Of a stretch of 64,000 nt of DNA, positions 39,005 through 48,751 are shown piece by piece. Source of the DNA: a virus. Position numbers and translations under genes: made by a program. The stretch lies in IMG/VR virus record IMGVR_UViG_3300023109_000018. One strand, given 5' to 3'. Every line of letters begins with the position of its first letter. Position 1 is the first letter of the stretch. The notes under the pieces were generated by a model, which saw nothing but the letters and a program-made list of their open reading frames with translations, did no database searches and was not told the origin of the DNA.

Positions 39005-39748
39005 TTATTTTGATTTTGTGGTGTTGACAGGGTGATGAGTTGCGCCATCTCCCGTATAGTTTTGTCCAAACGATTCAATCCACTTATAATTCATCACAGA
39101 AGAACACTCCCATATCGTTGAGTCGCGTACCCAACCAATTGCAGCAGTGGGATCCATAATTGCCATCGGTACATCTGTAAAACCTTTTCTACTACCAAGA
39201 AAGTACATATTATCAACAGCGGATACAACACCCTTTACTTCGATATCATTTAACATATCTGTGGCTGCATGCCATGAGATTGCATATGCGTGTGCGCCTT
39301 CATGCCCATGAATTCTTCGCAGATATCTTGGTGATCCTGATGCTACATGATCAAATTTTTCAATGTCTGGAGCTTTATAACCAAGTACAACAATTTCACC
39401 ATTGCGGACAGGTACTGGTCTTGGGTCATGTAACATAATTGCATCATGCTCAAGAATCACGGCTGTTTCTTTATTATCACGAATTTTTTTCCATATCTTG
39501 GCATGGCCGGCTGTACAAAGTTGTGCTGCAGCCACCCAGCTGGTTCGATTAATATGTCTCTTTAGACCAATCGAATTCCATGCTGCATTCGGATCCACCT
39601 GGTAGAAACCTTCAAAGTATTCCCACGGTAATCCTACTTTGTCGCAAGATTCTGCTGCAGTCTTCGCATATGCATAAGATGTCTCAGTTGGTACTCTGAG
39701 AATATAAGCCTTTTCAATTGTACTTCTACCTCTATCTACGTCTGTCAT
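39005..39748 (-). CDS. glycosyltransferase family 25-like
   Basis: CTAGHAKIW, VILEHDA, AHAYAIS..A. Confidence 0.78.
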   Translation of the reverse strand: MTDVDRGRSTIEKAYILRVPTETSYAYAKTAAESCDKVGLPWEYFEGFYQVDPNAAWNSIGLKRHINRTSWVAAAQLCTAGHAKIWKKIRDNKETAVILEHDAIMLHDPRPVPVRNGEIVVLGYKAPDIEKFDHVASGSPRYLRRIHGHEGAHAYAISWHAATDMLNDIEVKGVVSAVDNMYFLGSRKGFTDVPMAIMDPTAAIGWVRDSTIWECSSVMNYKWIESFGQNYTGDGATHHPVNTTKSK

Positions 39749-40467
39749 GATAATTGCAGTCCTGTTTCTAATTCAATAATTTTTTCAAAATCTTTTTCAT
39801 AATATTTTTTTACTGCGTCCATTGTTTTCTGGTCGTAGTATTGATCAATCAAATCAGCGTCTTTTGGTGTAAAACCTGATTTAAATTTTTGCAGATCGTT
39901 CTGTGGTACTACGTTATGCTGTTTGGCAAATGCATCCACATATCTATCTAGTTTATTATATAACCACCAATCGCCATAGTCAACATCACCCACGCGGGCA
40001 TAATCTGTCTGAAGTATTCTATTCGATGGATCTGATTCGTGTCTACCCTCTTTAAACAGATGCCTAAATTCACGGACACTCTTTTCTCGGCCTCGTCTCA
40101 AAAAGAAATAGAGGCTTAATTGTCTCATCAACGGATCACGAATTACTGATATGATTCGCTTACTGGCCAATTCACTTGGACCGATAACCTTATTGCGGAA
40201 TAACTCATCAAGCGTTAAATGAATAAATCGATAATTCAATTGGTATTTTTTGAGAAGTCGAGGGTCGACATTATGACTTGGAATGCCACAGTCATTGACC
40301 TCAGTCCATTTATCATCCATATCGCAGAAATTTTGTACAAAGAATTGAGCAAGACTAGAGCTTGCATTCTTCGGGATTCTGAGATATACAAAATTGTATC
40401 GTTCACATATTACCATTATTACCTCATTTTTGTCATAGAAGGCGCATCTAATGCATTTTGAAGACAT
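39745..40467 (-). CDS. sulfotransferase family 2-like
   Basis: RIPKNASSS (5'-PSB), IRDPLMRQLS (3'-PB), YYEKDF. Confidence 0.78.
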   Translation of the reverse strand: MSSKCIRCAFYDKNEVIMVICERYNFVYLRIPKNASSSLAQFFVQNFCDMDDKWTEVNDCGIPSHNVDPRLLKKYQLNYRFIHLTLDELFRNKVIGPSELASKRIISVIRDPLMRQLSLYFFLRRGREKSVREFRHLFKEGRHESDPSNRILQTDYARVGDVDYGDWWLYNKLDRYVDAFAKQHNVVPQNDLQKFKSGFTPKDADLIDQYYDQKTMDAVKKYYEKDFEKIIELETGLQLS

Positions 40468-40970
40468 TGAAGACTATCGTATTTGATTTCACCAAAAAGA
40501 TAGTATTGCAGCCCATCAATCATACCAGTGTGTTTATTTATCATCTGGTTAAAAGTCAGCACATACACATCATCTTGCTTACCCCATAGCTCAATTTCAT
40601 TTAAACGCAGAGGTGGTGTTTGTCTACCTGTAGCTGCATTCCATCGCTCATATGACTCTAAAATTTCTTCTCTATCTCTCAGCAAGAGAATCTTTTTTGT
40701 ATCCTGCAGTAAAGTTTGTCTTTGACTATCGAAAGGTAGGTGAGACACACCGAAAGAGCCATCCTTCAGATAGGTGATTGCATCTTTGAATTTGAGCTTT
40801 CGTGTAAACTTACCTGGATTTGTTCTGGCCTCATCCATCTTATCAGCTTTGTATTTCTGAAAATTGTTTGGGTTGAAGTGCATATAGCTCTGCTCTATAC
40901 CAAACTCTACTAGTAGATTACTACACAGATAAGTTCCTGCTTTAGGCAGACTAATGATCAGTGTCTTCAT
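40419..40970 (-). CDS. sulfotransferase-like P-loop protein
   Basis: ISLPKAGT, SHL, LLRD..I.ES. Confidence 0.65.
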   Translation of the reverse strand: MKTLIISLPKAGTYLCSNLLVEFGIEQSYMHFNPNNFQKYKADKMDEARTNPGKFTRKLKFKDAITYLKDGSFGVSHLPFDSQRQTLLQDTKKILLLRDREEILESYERWNAATGRQTPPLRLNEIELWGKQDDVYVLTFNQMINKHTGMIDGLQYYLFGEIKYDSLQCLQNALDAPSMTKMR

Positions 40971-41457
40971 GATACTTTAACTCGATATTTTTGTTGTTTT
41001 CAATGTGAGATCTTGTTCCCATTGGTGCATGGATTATTGTAGGCACATCAATTAATTCATTCCAATAACGAATCCATTCAGTATTCAAATCGGCTGCAAT
41101 TGCTTGTCTTACCCAATGTTCTTTATTGAATATCCTATCGGTAGATGATACCCAATTGTTTGAGAACAATAAATCGAAACCGTACAGTTCAAACTCATCA
41201 TATCCTTCGGTTCTCAAATGGTTATATGCATTATGTCCAGTATTCCAAGCCACATTAATACCACCTTTCTGTGTCATAAATGGCTTTGGCAGTACCTTTA
41301 ATTTTGGGTTATTCTTTTGACGCTTAATGACCTTTTGGTCACTGGCAAATATCACATCGACATCTGCCTCTGTCATATTGAAGCCTACCTTATACCCTTC
41401 CAAATCGGACGAATAATATTTACTCGATGGACCATTGCCTAACAGAATTGCTTTCAT
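40951..41457 (-). CDS. hypothetical, sialyltransferase/MptE-like Rossmann fold
   Basis: ILLGNGPS, NTGH.A, LYGFD. Confidence 0.5.
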   Translation of the reverse strand: MKAILLGNGPSSKYYSSDLEGYKVGFNMTEADVDVIFASDQKVIKRQKNNPKLKVLPKPFMTQKGGINVAWNTGHNAYNHLRTEGYDEFELYGFDLLFSNNWVSSTDRIFNKEHWVRQAIAADLNTEWIRYWNELIDVPTIIHAPMGTRSHIENNKNIELKYHEDTDH

Positions 41458-41978
41458 GCGAGAAGGTCACGTTCACGATACCGACCAGTCGTCTTCACTA
41501 CAGTAGGAATGTCACCACGTAAATCCTGAATGATATCTACCCACTCCTGATGCGATTTGAGAGTACAGTGTGCGTTCTCACCATTGGGTAATATGGCTTT
41601 GGCAGGTGAGGTCGCGATCTGGAAATACACAAATTTGGTAGCGTAACTGTAGATTTCTTTGATGACATCACGGACAAATTCTTCGGGTATGTGTTCCAAT
41701 ACATCTGTATTAATGACACCATCCCAAAGACCCTTAGGTTTATTATTGAATGCTCTAACGCCTGGGTCGTATCGATAGATCTCAGTAAGACCCCAATATT
41801 GATGCAGATTGTGTGGTGGGTTGTATTGTTCTCCATGACCACAGCCATAATCAATCACAGATTTGCAACGAAACTGTTCCAGCATTTCTTTGATATCATC
41901 TTTTGCTCTAATGACCGGATCATTATTTTCATATCCGCCTTTATCATAGAACTCTTGGTATTGCTCTAGGTATTTCAT
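41454..41978 (-). CDS. class I SAM methyltransferase
   Basis: VIDYGCGHG, YDP, DVLEHIPE. Confidence 0.85.
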   Translation of the reverse strand: MKYLEQYQEFYDKGGYENNDPVIRAKDDIKEMLEQFRCKSVIDYGCGHGEQYNPPHNLHQYWGLTEIYRYDPGVRAFNNKPKGLWDGVINTDVLEHIPEEFVRDVIKEIYSYATKFVYFQIATSPAKAILPNGENAHCTLKSHQEWVDIIQDLRGDIPTVVKTTGRYRERDLLA

Positions 41979-42697
41979 TGTGGTCCTTTTAATATATGAG
42001 ATCGATCAAAATCAGCTTTCATTTTATCTTTATGATTTCGGTGATAGTGAATAAGGCTTGCATCGAACCGCTTTTCGATTGGATTCAGGCCTAAATGATA
42101 ATTAAATTGTACTGGTAATGCTGAGTGCTTACCTTGATTACGAATCAGGCTGTTTATGATGCCCTGATCAAACCCACCCATTTGATTCTCTAGGCTGGTT
42201 CTTTTCTTGTCTCTTTCTTCAATTGTTTGTGCAAATTCGAACATCTCGTCGTACATGCTTCGAGGGAATATCACCACACCCGAATTGATATGACCATGTT
42301 TACCGAACCACTCTAACCCAGGCTTATTTGTCCAGCGATTGGTCGACATCATCCACCAAGCAGAGATGGCCTCGGCCGAAGCATGATCGAAAACATTCTT
42401 AGAATTTTTTGTGGCGAGAATATCACTATCGATGAAACAAAGATAGTCGAAATTATGAAACCATTCACGAGTACCCCGATCTATAAAAGGAGTAAAGATA
42501 CCGTAAAAAGGTGGGATGTTATTAGGTAGTTCCTGATCGAAAAAAGCATATGTGGCACCAACGCTTTCTGCATATGCTGATATGGATGCTCGGGACATAT
42601 TGTGATAACCAGTACCTGTTTTTACATAGGCACCAGCTCGAGACTTTGCAAGTACTTCTTGGTTTGGATCTCTATAATATTGATAAATTAAATTCAT
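41975..42697 (-). CDS. GT-A glycosyltransferase (GT8/GT34-like)
   Basis: FIDSDI DxD, INSGVVI, FDQG, IHY. Confidence 0.78.
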   Translation of the reverse strand: MNLIYQYYRDPNQEVLAKSRAGAYVKTGTGYHNMSRASISAYAESVGATYAFFDQELPNNIPPFYGIFTPFIDRGTREWFHNFDYLCFIDSDILATKNSKNVFDHASAEAISAWWMMSTNRWTNKPGLEWFGKHGHINSGVVIFPRSMYDEMFEFAQTIEERDKKRTSLENQMGGFDQGIINSLIRNQGKHSALPVQFNYHLGLNPIEKRFDASLIHYHRNHKDKMKADFDRSHILKGPQ

Positions 42698-42807
42698 AAC
42701 AAAAAATATTCAACCTTTAGATATTGGAAACCCCATAATACAACGCACCGAAAAAGAGCAGAACCAATGCTAGATCTTTCCAATCTTCGGGACTTTTAGG
42801 ATCGAAT

Positions 42808-43596
42808 TCACTCATTGTCGACTAGTATTAAATCAAACATTGCTGAACATGTTTGCCCACCCTGCGCGGCAACCACGTCTATTCTAATATCTGTCTTTTC
42901 TTCAAACTTCAATGGTATTGGATAATCTACCACTACGCTTTGACCGCCTGCGGTATATGAAATACCTTTGATTTGGAATACGTTTCCATTGTCTGTATCT
43001 CTAGCCATAAGTGAATATTTCATTGCGGCGTTGTTTGATGATTTGTCACCACCCATTTGAGTTTTTAGTAAGTATGCTGTCTTACCTGCTGGAACAGTGT
43101 AAACAGCCATAAGGGTTTGTGCTTGATCTTCGATAATCTTCGCAGCTACAGTACCACCCATAGTTAATGACACGTCAGCATCATTATTAGTATCAACCAT
43201 GTTTGCTCTGAAGATACGAGAGAATACAGTAGCACCAGTTGCGCCGATATTAATTGTTTCTGATACTGCATTATAATTAGCATCAAGGCCTTGGACTAAA
43301 ACTGCAGCACCTGAGTTTTGTGTAGAAGCGACTGCAACAACACTATCGGCTGGATATGGATAAGCTACATCGTCATTGTTGCCATCCCAAATAGTACCAG
43401 ATGTTACATCACCATCAGTCGCACCAAACTTGTTAATATGACCATACCCGGCTACACTTCCAGCAGCTATAGGTATATTTGAAGCAGAACCAAACGAGTT
43501 GATGATATTACCATCTTTATCTGCAAGCATGAATGCTTCAAATAAAGTTTTATTGCCCTGTAAATAGGCTTGATTGTCCTTATTCCAAATAGCCAT
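42808..43596 (-). CDS. putative virion structural protein
   Basis: Gly/Ala/Thr-rich beta protein, YTVPAGKTAYL motif. Confidence 0.55.
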   Translation of the reverse strand: MAIWNKDNQAYLQGNKTLFEAFMLADKDGNIINSFGSASNIPIAAGSVAGYGHINKFGATDGDVTSGTIWDGNNDDVAYPYPADSVVAVASTQNSGAAVLVQGLDANYNAVSETINIGATGATVFSRIFRANMVDTNNDADVSLTMGGTVAAKIIEDQAQTLMAVYTVPAGKTAYLLKTQMGGDKSSNNAAMKYSLMARDTDNGNVFQIKGISYTAGGQSVVVDYPIPLKFEEKTDIRIDVVAAQGGQTCSAMFDLILVDNE

Positions 43597-43607
43597 GAGA
43601 GTCTACC

Positions 43608-44846
43608 TTACTTTTGCCAGCCCTTAATGTATTCTGTACTGAAATTAGCTTTACTAAATTGTAGACGATCGACCAATTTAAGTGAACCTGTACCTAAATG
43701 GTCGATCGCTACGAATCCTTCTTGACCTGTTACTTCAAAACCTTTCTTGGTCTTAAGTAAAGTCCTTAAACCTCCAACGGTATCGAGTTTGGCTATTACC
43801 AACAATTTCGCATCGACCAAAATATTATATAGGGTGAACACTTTTTGTAGCTCTTTTAGATTGCGCTTGGTAAAGATTGAAAGCGCGGCATCTCGTTTTG
43901 CAGTTTGTGTATCTTTCCCTTTCTTCGTCTTTTTACTGTCGATTTGACCTTGGTAATATTCTTCAATATCACGTTGAAGTTCGATAACAAAGCCAGCGGC
44001 ATCACCGATACGGGAGCCCTGTCTGACCTTTTTGTTTATAAACACGTTAGTTCGGGAATTGAGATCCTCATTGTTCCCGAGTTCGTTAAGTACATTTGAA
44101 TTAATAGATCTGAATAAGGTCCCAGCTTGGGATAGTAGTGAAGTGAATTCTGCGGTCTCTGTGCCGGTAAATGTGGCTGTACCAGAGCGATCTTCGAATG
44201 TAGCATCTACGCTCCAAACAGAACTTACTGCTTTGAGACCTGGGACAATCGCCTTTCCAAAACTTGCTTGCATTGATTCAAAGTCTGATCCTCTGTATGT
44301 TGTGTGCCAAACCACACCGATTTTGGATCGTTGAATTTGTTTAGCAAGAGCGCTTTTTGCTGGTATCGCATAAACAATCGTGTTAGGATGAAAAGTAATA
44401 TGCGATTCTCCATCAATAGTTTCCGTTTTAATATCTTCTGTCGTATAGAGGAAATCACCTTGAACTACTCCTTCACTAATGCCAAGTTTACTCAACTCAG
44501 CCAAGGCGATCTTAAATTTAGAATTAAGCTCACCAGATAAATCATTATCAATTTCATCGTTTGTTTTGTAGATCTTTGGCGTCTTATTGAATACGCCTTT
44601 CTTTGCAATAAAGAATTTGCCATCACTTGGATCAATTCCAGCAAAGATTGCCGGAGCTCCATCCCATTTAACTGAAATCGTGACTGGAGCCGATGCATTA
44701 CCAGCTAACATATCACGTAATGCTCTTAGGTAATTGATGACGTTTCGGGTTCCCTTTACTCCACCATCAATAACTGCATCTTCAAGATGCGTCATGTGCA
44801 GGTTTTTGCCTGATGCTTCTTCCAGATATCGTCTAAATTTAATCAT
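43608..44846 (-). CDS. conserved T4-like protein with ligase-like KxDG motif
   Basis: NLHMTHLED, SVKWDGAP, QGDFLY, EGFV, LKLVDR; MIKFRRYLEE start. Confidence 0.6.
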   Translation of the reverse strand: MIKFRRYLEEASGKNLHMTHLEDAVIDGGVKGTRNVINYLRALRDMLAGNASAPVTISVKWDGAPAIFAGIDPSDGKFFIAKKGVFNKTPKIYKTNDEIDNDLSGELNSKFKIALAELSKLGISEGVVQGDFLYTTEDIKTETIDGESHITFHPNTIVYAIPAKSALAKQIQRSKIGVVWHTTYRGSDFESMQASFGKAIVPGLKAVSSVWSVDATFEDRSGTATFTGTETAEFTSLLSQAGTLFRSINSNVLNELGNNEDLNSRTNVFINKKVRQGSRIGDAAGFVIELQRDIEEYYQGQIDSKKTKKGKDTQTAKRDAALSIFTKRNLKELQKVFTLYNILVDAKLLVIAKLDTVGGLRTLLKTKKGFEVTGQEGFVAIDHLGTGSLKLVDRLQFSKANFSTEYIKGWQK

Positions 44847-45850
44847 ATCTTTTTACTTGTCCTTGACAGCTTTGCCTTCGGGAAGATACCAACACGAGCA
44901 TTCTTTACTACCTGACCTGCTGCTCTAGCATCACCTCGTCGAGCTTGGTATCGAATGAAGAAATAAGCCTCATAATCACCCCTAGGGAAATCACCATTGT
45001 TGCCCTTGTGGGTTGATACGATCTTATAAGGTCCAGCACCAGAACCTACCAGAGACATATTGCCTAGGTGGAATTCATCGACGTTACTAATACTGGCAGC
45101 ACCACCGTATTCGGGGCCGTAAATTGCTTCGAAAACAAGTTGTCGGTCTTTAATCTTACGATAAAAAGAATCACCTGATTTCAGACCATCTGGTCTGGCT
45201 GCAGCTACATCTTTCATAAAGCTCTGGACATCTCTATTTGCATTATAGCGCTTAGAAGATAGACCACCATATTGTTGATAATCCTTTGCAGACTTACCAG
45301 CCTTATGTGAGATATATGCCTGAGGATCACCTTGGACATTCACCAATGTGAAATCTGATTTTGGTTCTTTACCCTCAAACTTACCAGATGTACTAGCAAG
45401 GTGAGCTGCATCAACTGTACGACCATTGATTTGAACTTGTATTGAGGGAAGATTCTCTTTTACAAGTATGGCTGCTAGCTTATCATTAAAATCAGCCCTT
45501 GCAAGCTCTTCTGCGCTGGTACCAGATCCTTGACCCTTACCACCAAACGATGGAGTCTTCAGAAAGTCCTTAGGTATGACCAAAGGACCTCGGTTCGTGT
45601 TGACTGTCAGATTTGATTTGTTGGCAGGAAACTTACCATCATCGACGGTCATAAAATCAGTAACGTCTTGTAGCTCAGTTACATCAATAATAACCTCTCC
45701 GTTATCGACAGTGGCAAAAGGTGAGGCTGTGGCCACTTTCTTAATGAAGTTTTTTGGCCGATTCTCATCTTTCCGAAGATCTGGTATCGTCAATTTTCGA
45801 TACGGAATTGCAGCCTCAACAAGTTGTGAGAATCTTCTAAAGCGTAGCAT
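44843..45850 (-). CDS. putative PD-(D/E)xK nuclease-like internal protein
   Basis: E..., PKSDF, YISHK pattern; MLRFRRF start. Confidence 0.5.
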   Translation of the reverse strand: MLRFRRFSQLVEAAIPYRKLTIPDLRKDENRPKNFIKKVATASPFATVDNGEVIIDVTELQDVTDFMTVDDGKFPANKSNLTVNTNRGPLVIPKDFLKTPSFGGKGQGSGTSAEELARADFNDKLAAILVKENLPSIQVQINGRTVDAAHLASTSGKFEGKEPKSDFTLVNVQGDPQAYISHKAGKSAKDYQQYGGLSSKRYNANRDVQSFMKDVAAARPDGLKSGDSFYRKIKDRQLVFEAIYGPEYGGAASISNVDEFHLGNMSLVGSGAGPYKIVSTHKGNNGDFPRGDYEAYFFIRYQARRGDARAAGQVVKNARVGIFPKAKLSRTSKKI

Positions 45851-45886
45851 TGATTATCCTATTATAGTATAGACCCATATTGAATC

Positions 45887-45894
45887 TATTTATA
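45887..45894 (-). promoter_or_regulatory. T4 late promoter
   Basis: TATAAATA heading the 45850-downstream late operon. Confidence 0.8.
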
Positions 45895-45900
45895 ATCATT

Positions 45901-47355
45901 TTATCTTAATTCAACACTGTCGTCAAACACGCTACGTCTTTTTTTACCTCTCATACTGGAACCAATGTCAGTTTTATCAAATACCGGAGTATCATCATTG
46001 CGCTTGAATGAGGAAGAACCACCAGAATTATTGCCACCATCTAAATTGATGTTCTGCTGTGCACTTTCTTCAAGATCGTAGATCTTCATTTTGGCACGAT
46101 CAATACCGACAAGGAATCGTCGATAATATCCAAGGTCACCCCATCGATTCTTCAGCTGTTTGAGCATCACCTGCCCAAGTTCATCTAAATGTTCGGAAGT
46201 AACAATGCCGAGGATGCAATCTGCTGTATGAGTAATACCCATTGACTCGGAAGTGTTTGTAAGATCCACGTCTGAATTACCATAGCCATCGCGATTAAAC
46301 TGAGAAGAAGTGACAATCGCACAATTGAATTCCATTGCAAGTCCACGTATTTCCTCAGCAATTGATTTGACAAGTGTATATGAATTTGCTGCCGCAGCCC
46401 CACGAACTCTGGAAGATGCACAAATATTTAGATAATCAACAAATACAACGTCAGGTACGAAGCCTTTTTTCATTCTCAATTCATTCAGTAAGTGCCGCAT
46501 GTGACCAGCGTGAGCCGATCCGGTGGGGTACTCTTTAATCACAAGTTTGCCAGGAGTCTTGGTCTTGTATCTACCCATTCGTTTCTCATAAACATCTCGT
46601 GGGCATTCAGTGAGTTCATCTAGCGTGATGTCCATAATATTGGCATCAATACGCCGACCGATTTCTTCTTCAGCCATTTCCATGGTGACATATAATACAT
46701 TCTTACCATACATCAAATGATTAGCAGCGAAGTGACATTTCAATAAAGATTTACCACCACCAGTCGTGGCAAGTAATACAGTCATTGATTTGCGAGGCAG
46801 ACCACCCTTGGTGATCTTGTTCAGAATATCAATATCAAAAGGAATTCTTTCCTCTTTTCTGTGATAATAGTCATAACGATCTTCGAATTGTTCTAAGAAG
46901 TCGTGACCGACACTCGAGTCAAAGTTGATTCCGAGCGAATCAGATAAGATTTTTGGTATCGAGCCTTTGTCAGTGTCTTTGTCTTGGCCATCTAAGATTA
47001 GAATAGCCTTACGGATTGAGTTATACAAATCTTTGTCTTGGCAGAACTTCTCAGTCTCCGTGATCAAAAATTCTTGACTCGTATCTTTGTCGACTTGTAA
47101 TTCGTCAACAATGCCCATCACCTGGGAATATGTTTCTTCGTTTAGATCTTTGCGTTTGTCGATGGTGAGTTTGAGAGCCTCCGTTGAAGGAGGCTCTCTG
47201 TATTGCTCAACATAATCTACAAACGTTGAAAAGACCTTTTGAAGTGCGTTTTCGTCGAAATATTCTTCCTTAATATAGGGGTATACCTTTCGGTAGTACT
47301 CATCATTAAGTATCAAATTCGACAGTATCGTCTTCTCTAGCATCCTTAACCTCAT
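45901..47355 (-). CDS. replicative DNA helicase (gp41)
   Basis: ATTGGGKS, TMEMAEE, KEYPTG, VDYL, KQLKNR. Confidence 0.95.
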   Translation of the reverse strand: MRLRMLEKTILSNLILNDEYYRKVYPYIKEEYFDENALQKVFSTFVDYVEQYREPPSTEALKLTIDKRKDLNEETYSQVMGIVDELQVDKDTSQEFLITETEKFCQDKDLYNSIRKAILILDGQDKDTDKGSIPKILSDSLGINFDSSVGHDFLEQFEDRYDYYHRKEERIPFDIDILNKITKGGLPRKSMTVLLATTGGGKSLLKCHFAANHLMYGKNVLYVTMEMAEEEIGRRIDANIMDITLDELTECPRDVYEKRMGRYKTKTPGKLVIKEYPTGSAHAGHMRHLLNELRMKKGFVPDVVFVDYLNICASSRVRGAAAANSYTLVKSIAEEIRGLAMEFNCAIVTSSQFNRDGYGNSDVDLTNTSESMGITHTADCILGIVTSEHLDELGQVMLKQLKNRWGDLGYYRRFLVGIDRAKMKIYDLEESAQQNINLDGGNNSGGSSSFKRNDDTPVFDKTDIGSSMRGKKRRSVFDDSVELR

Positions 47356-48370
47356 CAGCCATTAGCAGTTTAAATTTACTTTCAATATAATTATTGAACC
47401 GAGGATCAGCAACAAGACCTTCAAAGAACTCATCGTCCTGTTCAATGTCTTTAGAGCGTCTCTTAGGTTCGATAATCTCGCCAGTATCCATGTTAACTAT
47501 ATTATACCATCCTTGATTGGCCTTTGTCAAGTGCCCTGATTCAAGTGCGAGTTCAAAAAGGGAAGACCATTTCTGAATACCCGAGTCATATAATACTTTA
47601 AATGGAAGTTTTGATTTCTCTTTTACATAACGAGATTTTTCAATGTTGATTGTGAATTTAAAGCCTGCAAGATCAGTACCATCTTTCTCTTGTGCCTTAG
47701 AGATAATAAAGATCTGATTGGCTGAATAGTAAATACCAGTACCACCGGATACAATATTCTTAGGGAACAGACCAATCTCCTTGTAGGTATGATTGATTGC
47801 GACCAATGGAATATCTTTGCCTGTGACCTTGGGAGTTACAATGCGGAAGAGTGATTTCAATTGTTTAGCACGTGACATGTCAGCAACAGATTTCTCATTC
47901 TCGGCATCTTCTACCTCTTTACGAGAAGCCAAGTTACCAACAGAGTCTATCATAATAAAAACTTTATCACCTTTGTCGATTTCATTCAATCGTTTGGTGA
48001 GGTCAAACTTGAGCTGTTCGACATCTTCAATCGGTATGTGCAATACACGATCGGTATCGATACCAATGCCTTCAAGATATTCAGGCGTGATACCGTATTC
48101 CGAATCATACAGCATTGCAATACTGTCTTTGTACTTCTTCAGATATGCTTTCATACAATAAAGTGACAAGAGAGTCTTGAAACTTTTTGATTCACCAGCA
48201 ATAACAGTCAGACCAGGGATCAGACCACCATGAAGTGAACCACTGAAAGCAATATTCACGATTGGAAGTTCAGTTTGAATGGGATCTTTCTCACCGAAGA
48301 AGGAAGATTTTGACAGGACCGAAGAGCCCTTGACCGAACCGGCCTTTAACATTTTATCAAGCAAACTCAT
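47306..48370 (-). CDS. uvsX: RecA-like recombinase
   Basis: AGESKSFKT, YDSEYG, IDSVGNL, SGGTG. Confidence 0.95.
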   Translation of the reverse strand: MSLLDKMLKAGSVKGSSVLSKSSFFGEKDPIQTELPIVNIAFSGSLHGGLIPGLTVIAGESKSFKTLLSLYCMKAYLKKYKDSIAMLYDSEYGITPEYLEGIGIDTDRVLHIPIEDVEQLKFDLTKRLNEIDKGDKVFIMIDSVGNLASRKEVEDAENEKSVADMSRAKQLKSLFRIVTPKVTGKDIPLVAINHTYKEIGLFPKNIVSGGTGIYYSANQIFIISKAQEKDGTDLAGFKFTINIEKSRYVKEKSKLPFKVLYDSGIQKWSSLFELALESGHLTKANQGWYNIVNMDTGEIIEPKRRSKDIEQDDEFFEGLVADPRFNNYIESKFKLLMADEVKDAREDDTVEFDT

Positions 48371-48372
48371 AA

Positions 48373-48651
48373 TTAATCTCCTTTCAAGATCTGATATAGC
48401 TTATCAGCAAACGCATCAAGTTTATCATAACGATCCGGCCAATAGATGTAATCTTTTTCTGGATTCGCTTTGAGATTATTGAGTAGCGGTACGACTGCAT
48501 CATAGATGAGTTGAGCCTTAGCAGCATTAGATTCAGCAGTTGCGGAAGTGGTCTCGGCCACCTGCTTTGCCTCTCTTACTACATCAAGCTCATCAGCATT
48601 TACCGCAGTAAAGCCAAAATCAAAATCGAGTATAGTTTCTTGTTTATCCAT
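48373..48651 (-). CDS. conserved hypothetical protein
   Basis: DFDFGF, PLLNNLKANPEKDYIYWP. Confidence 0.65.
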   Translation of the reverse strand: MDKQETILDFDFGFTAVNADELDVVREAKQVAETTSATAESNAAKAQLIYDAVVPLLNNLKANPEKDYIYWPDRYDKLDAFADKLYQILKGD

Positions 48652-48674
48652 ATGGATCTCCGTAATAGAAGAGT

Positions 48675-48740
48675 GGGGCAGAGGTGAGGCGCGCTGTACG
48701 GACGATGTTCAACCGAGCGCTTTTGAATCTCACATGCCCC
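48675..48740 (-). other. long interrupted GC-rich hairpin
   Basis: GGGGCA/TGCCCC, GTGAG/CTCAC, GCGCT/AGCGC, CGG/CCG nested helices. Confidence 0.55.
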
Positions 48741-48751
48741 AATGACCTTAA

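Noticed and set aside
38944-39078. N-terminal extension of the 694-aa ORF in the track
   Set aside because: Overlaps the upstream gene and contains a TATAAATA late promoter; ATG 38943 is the better start
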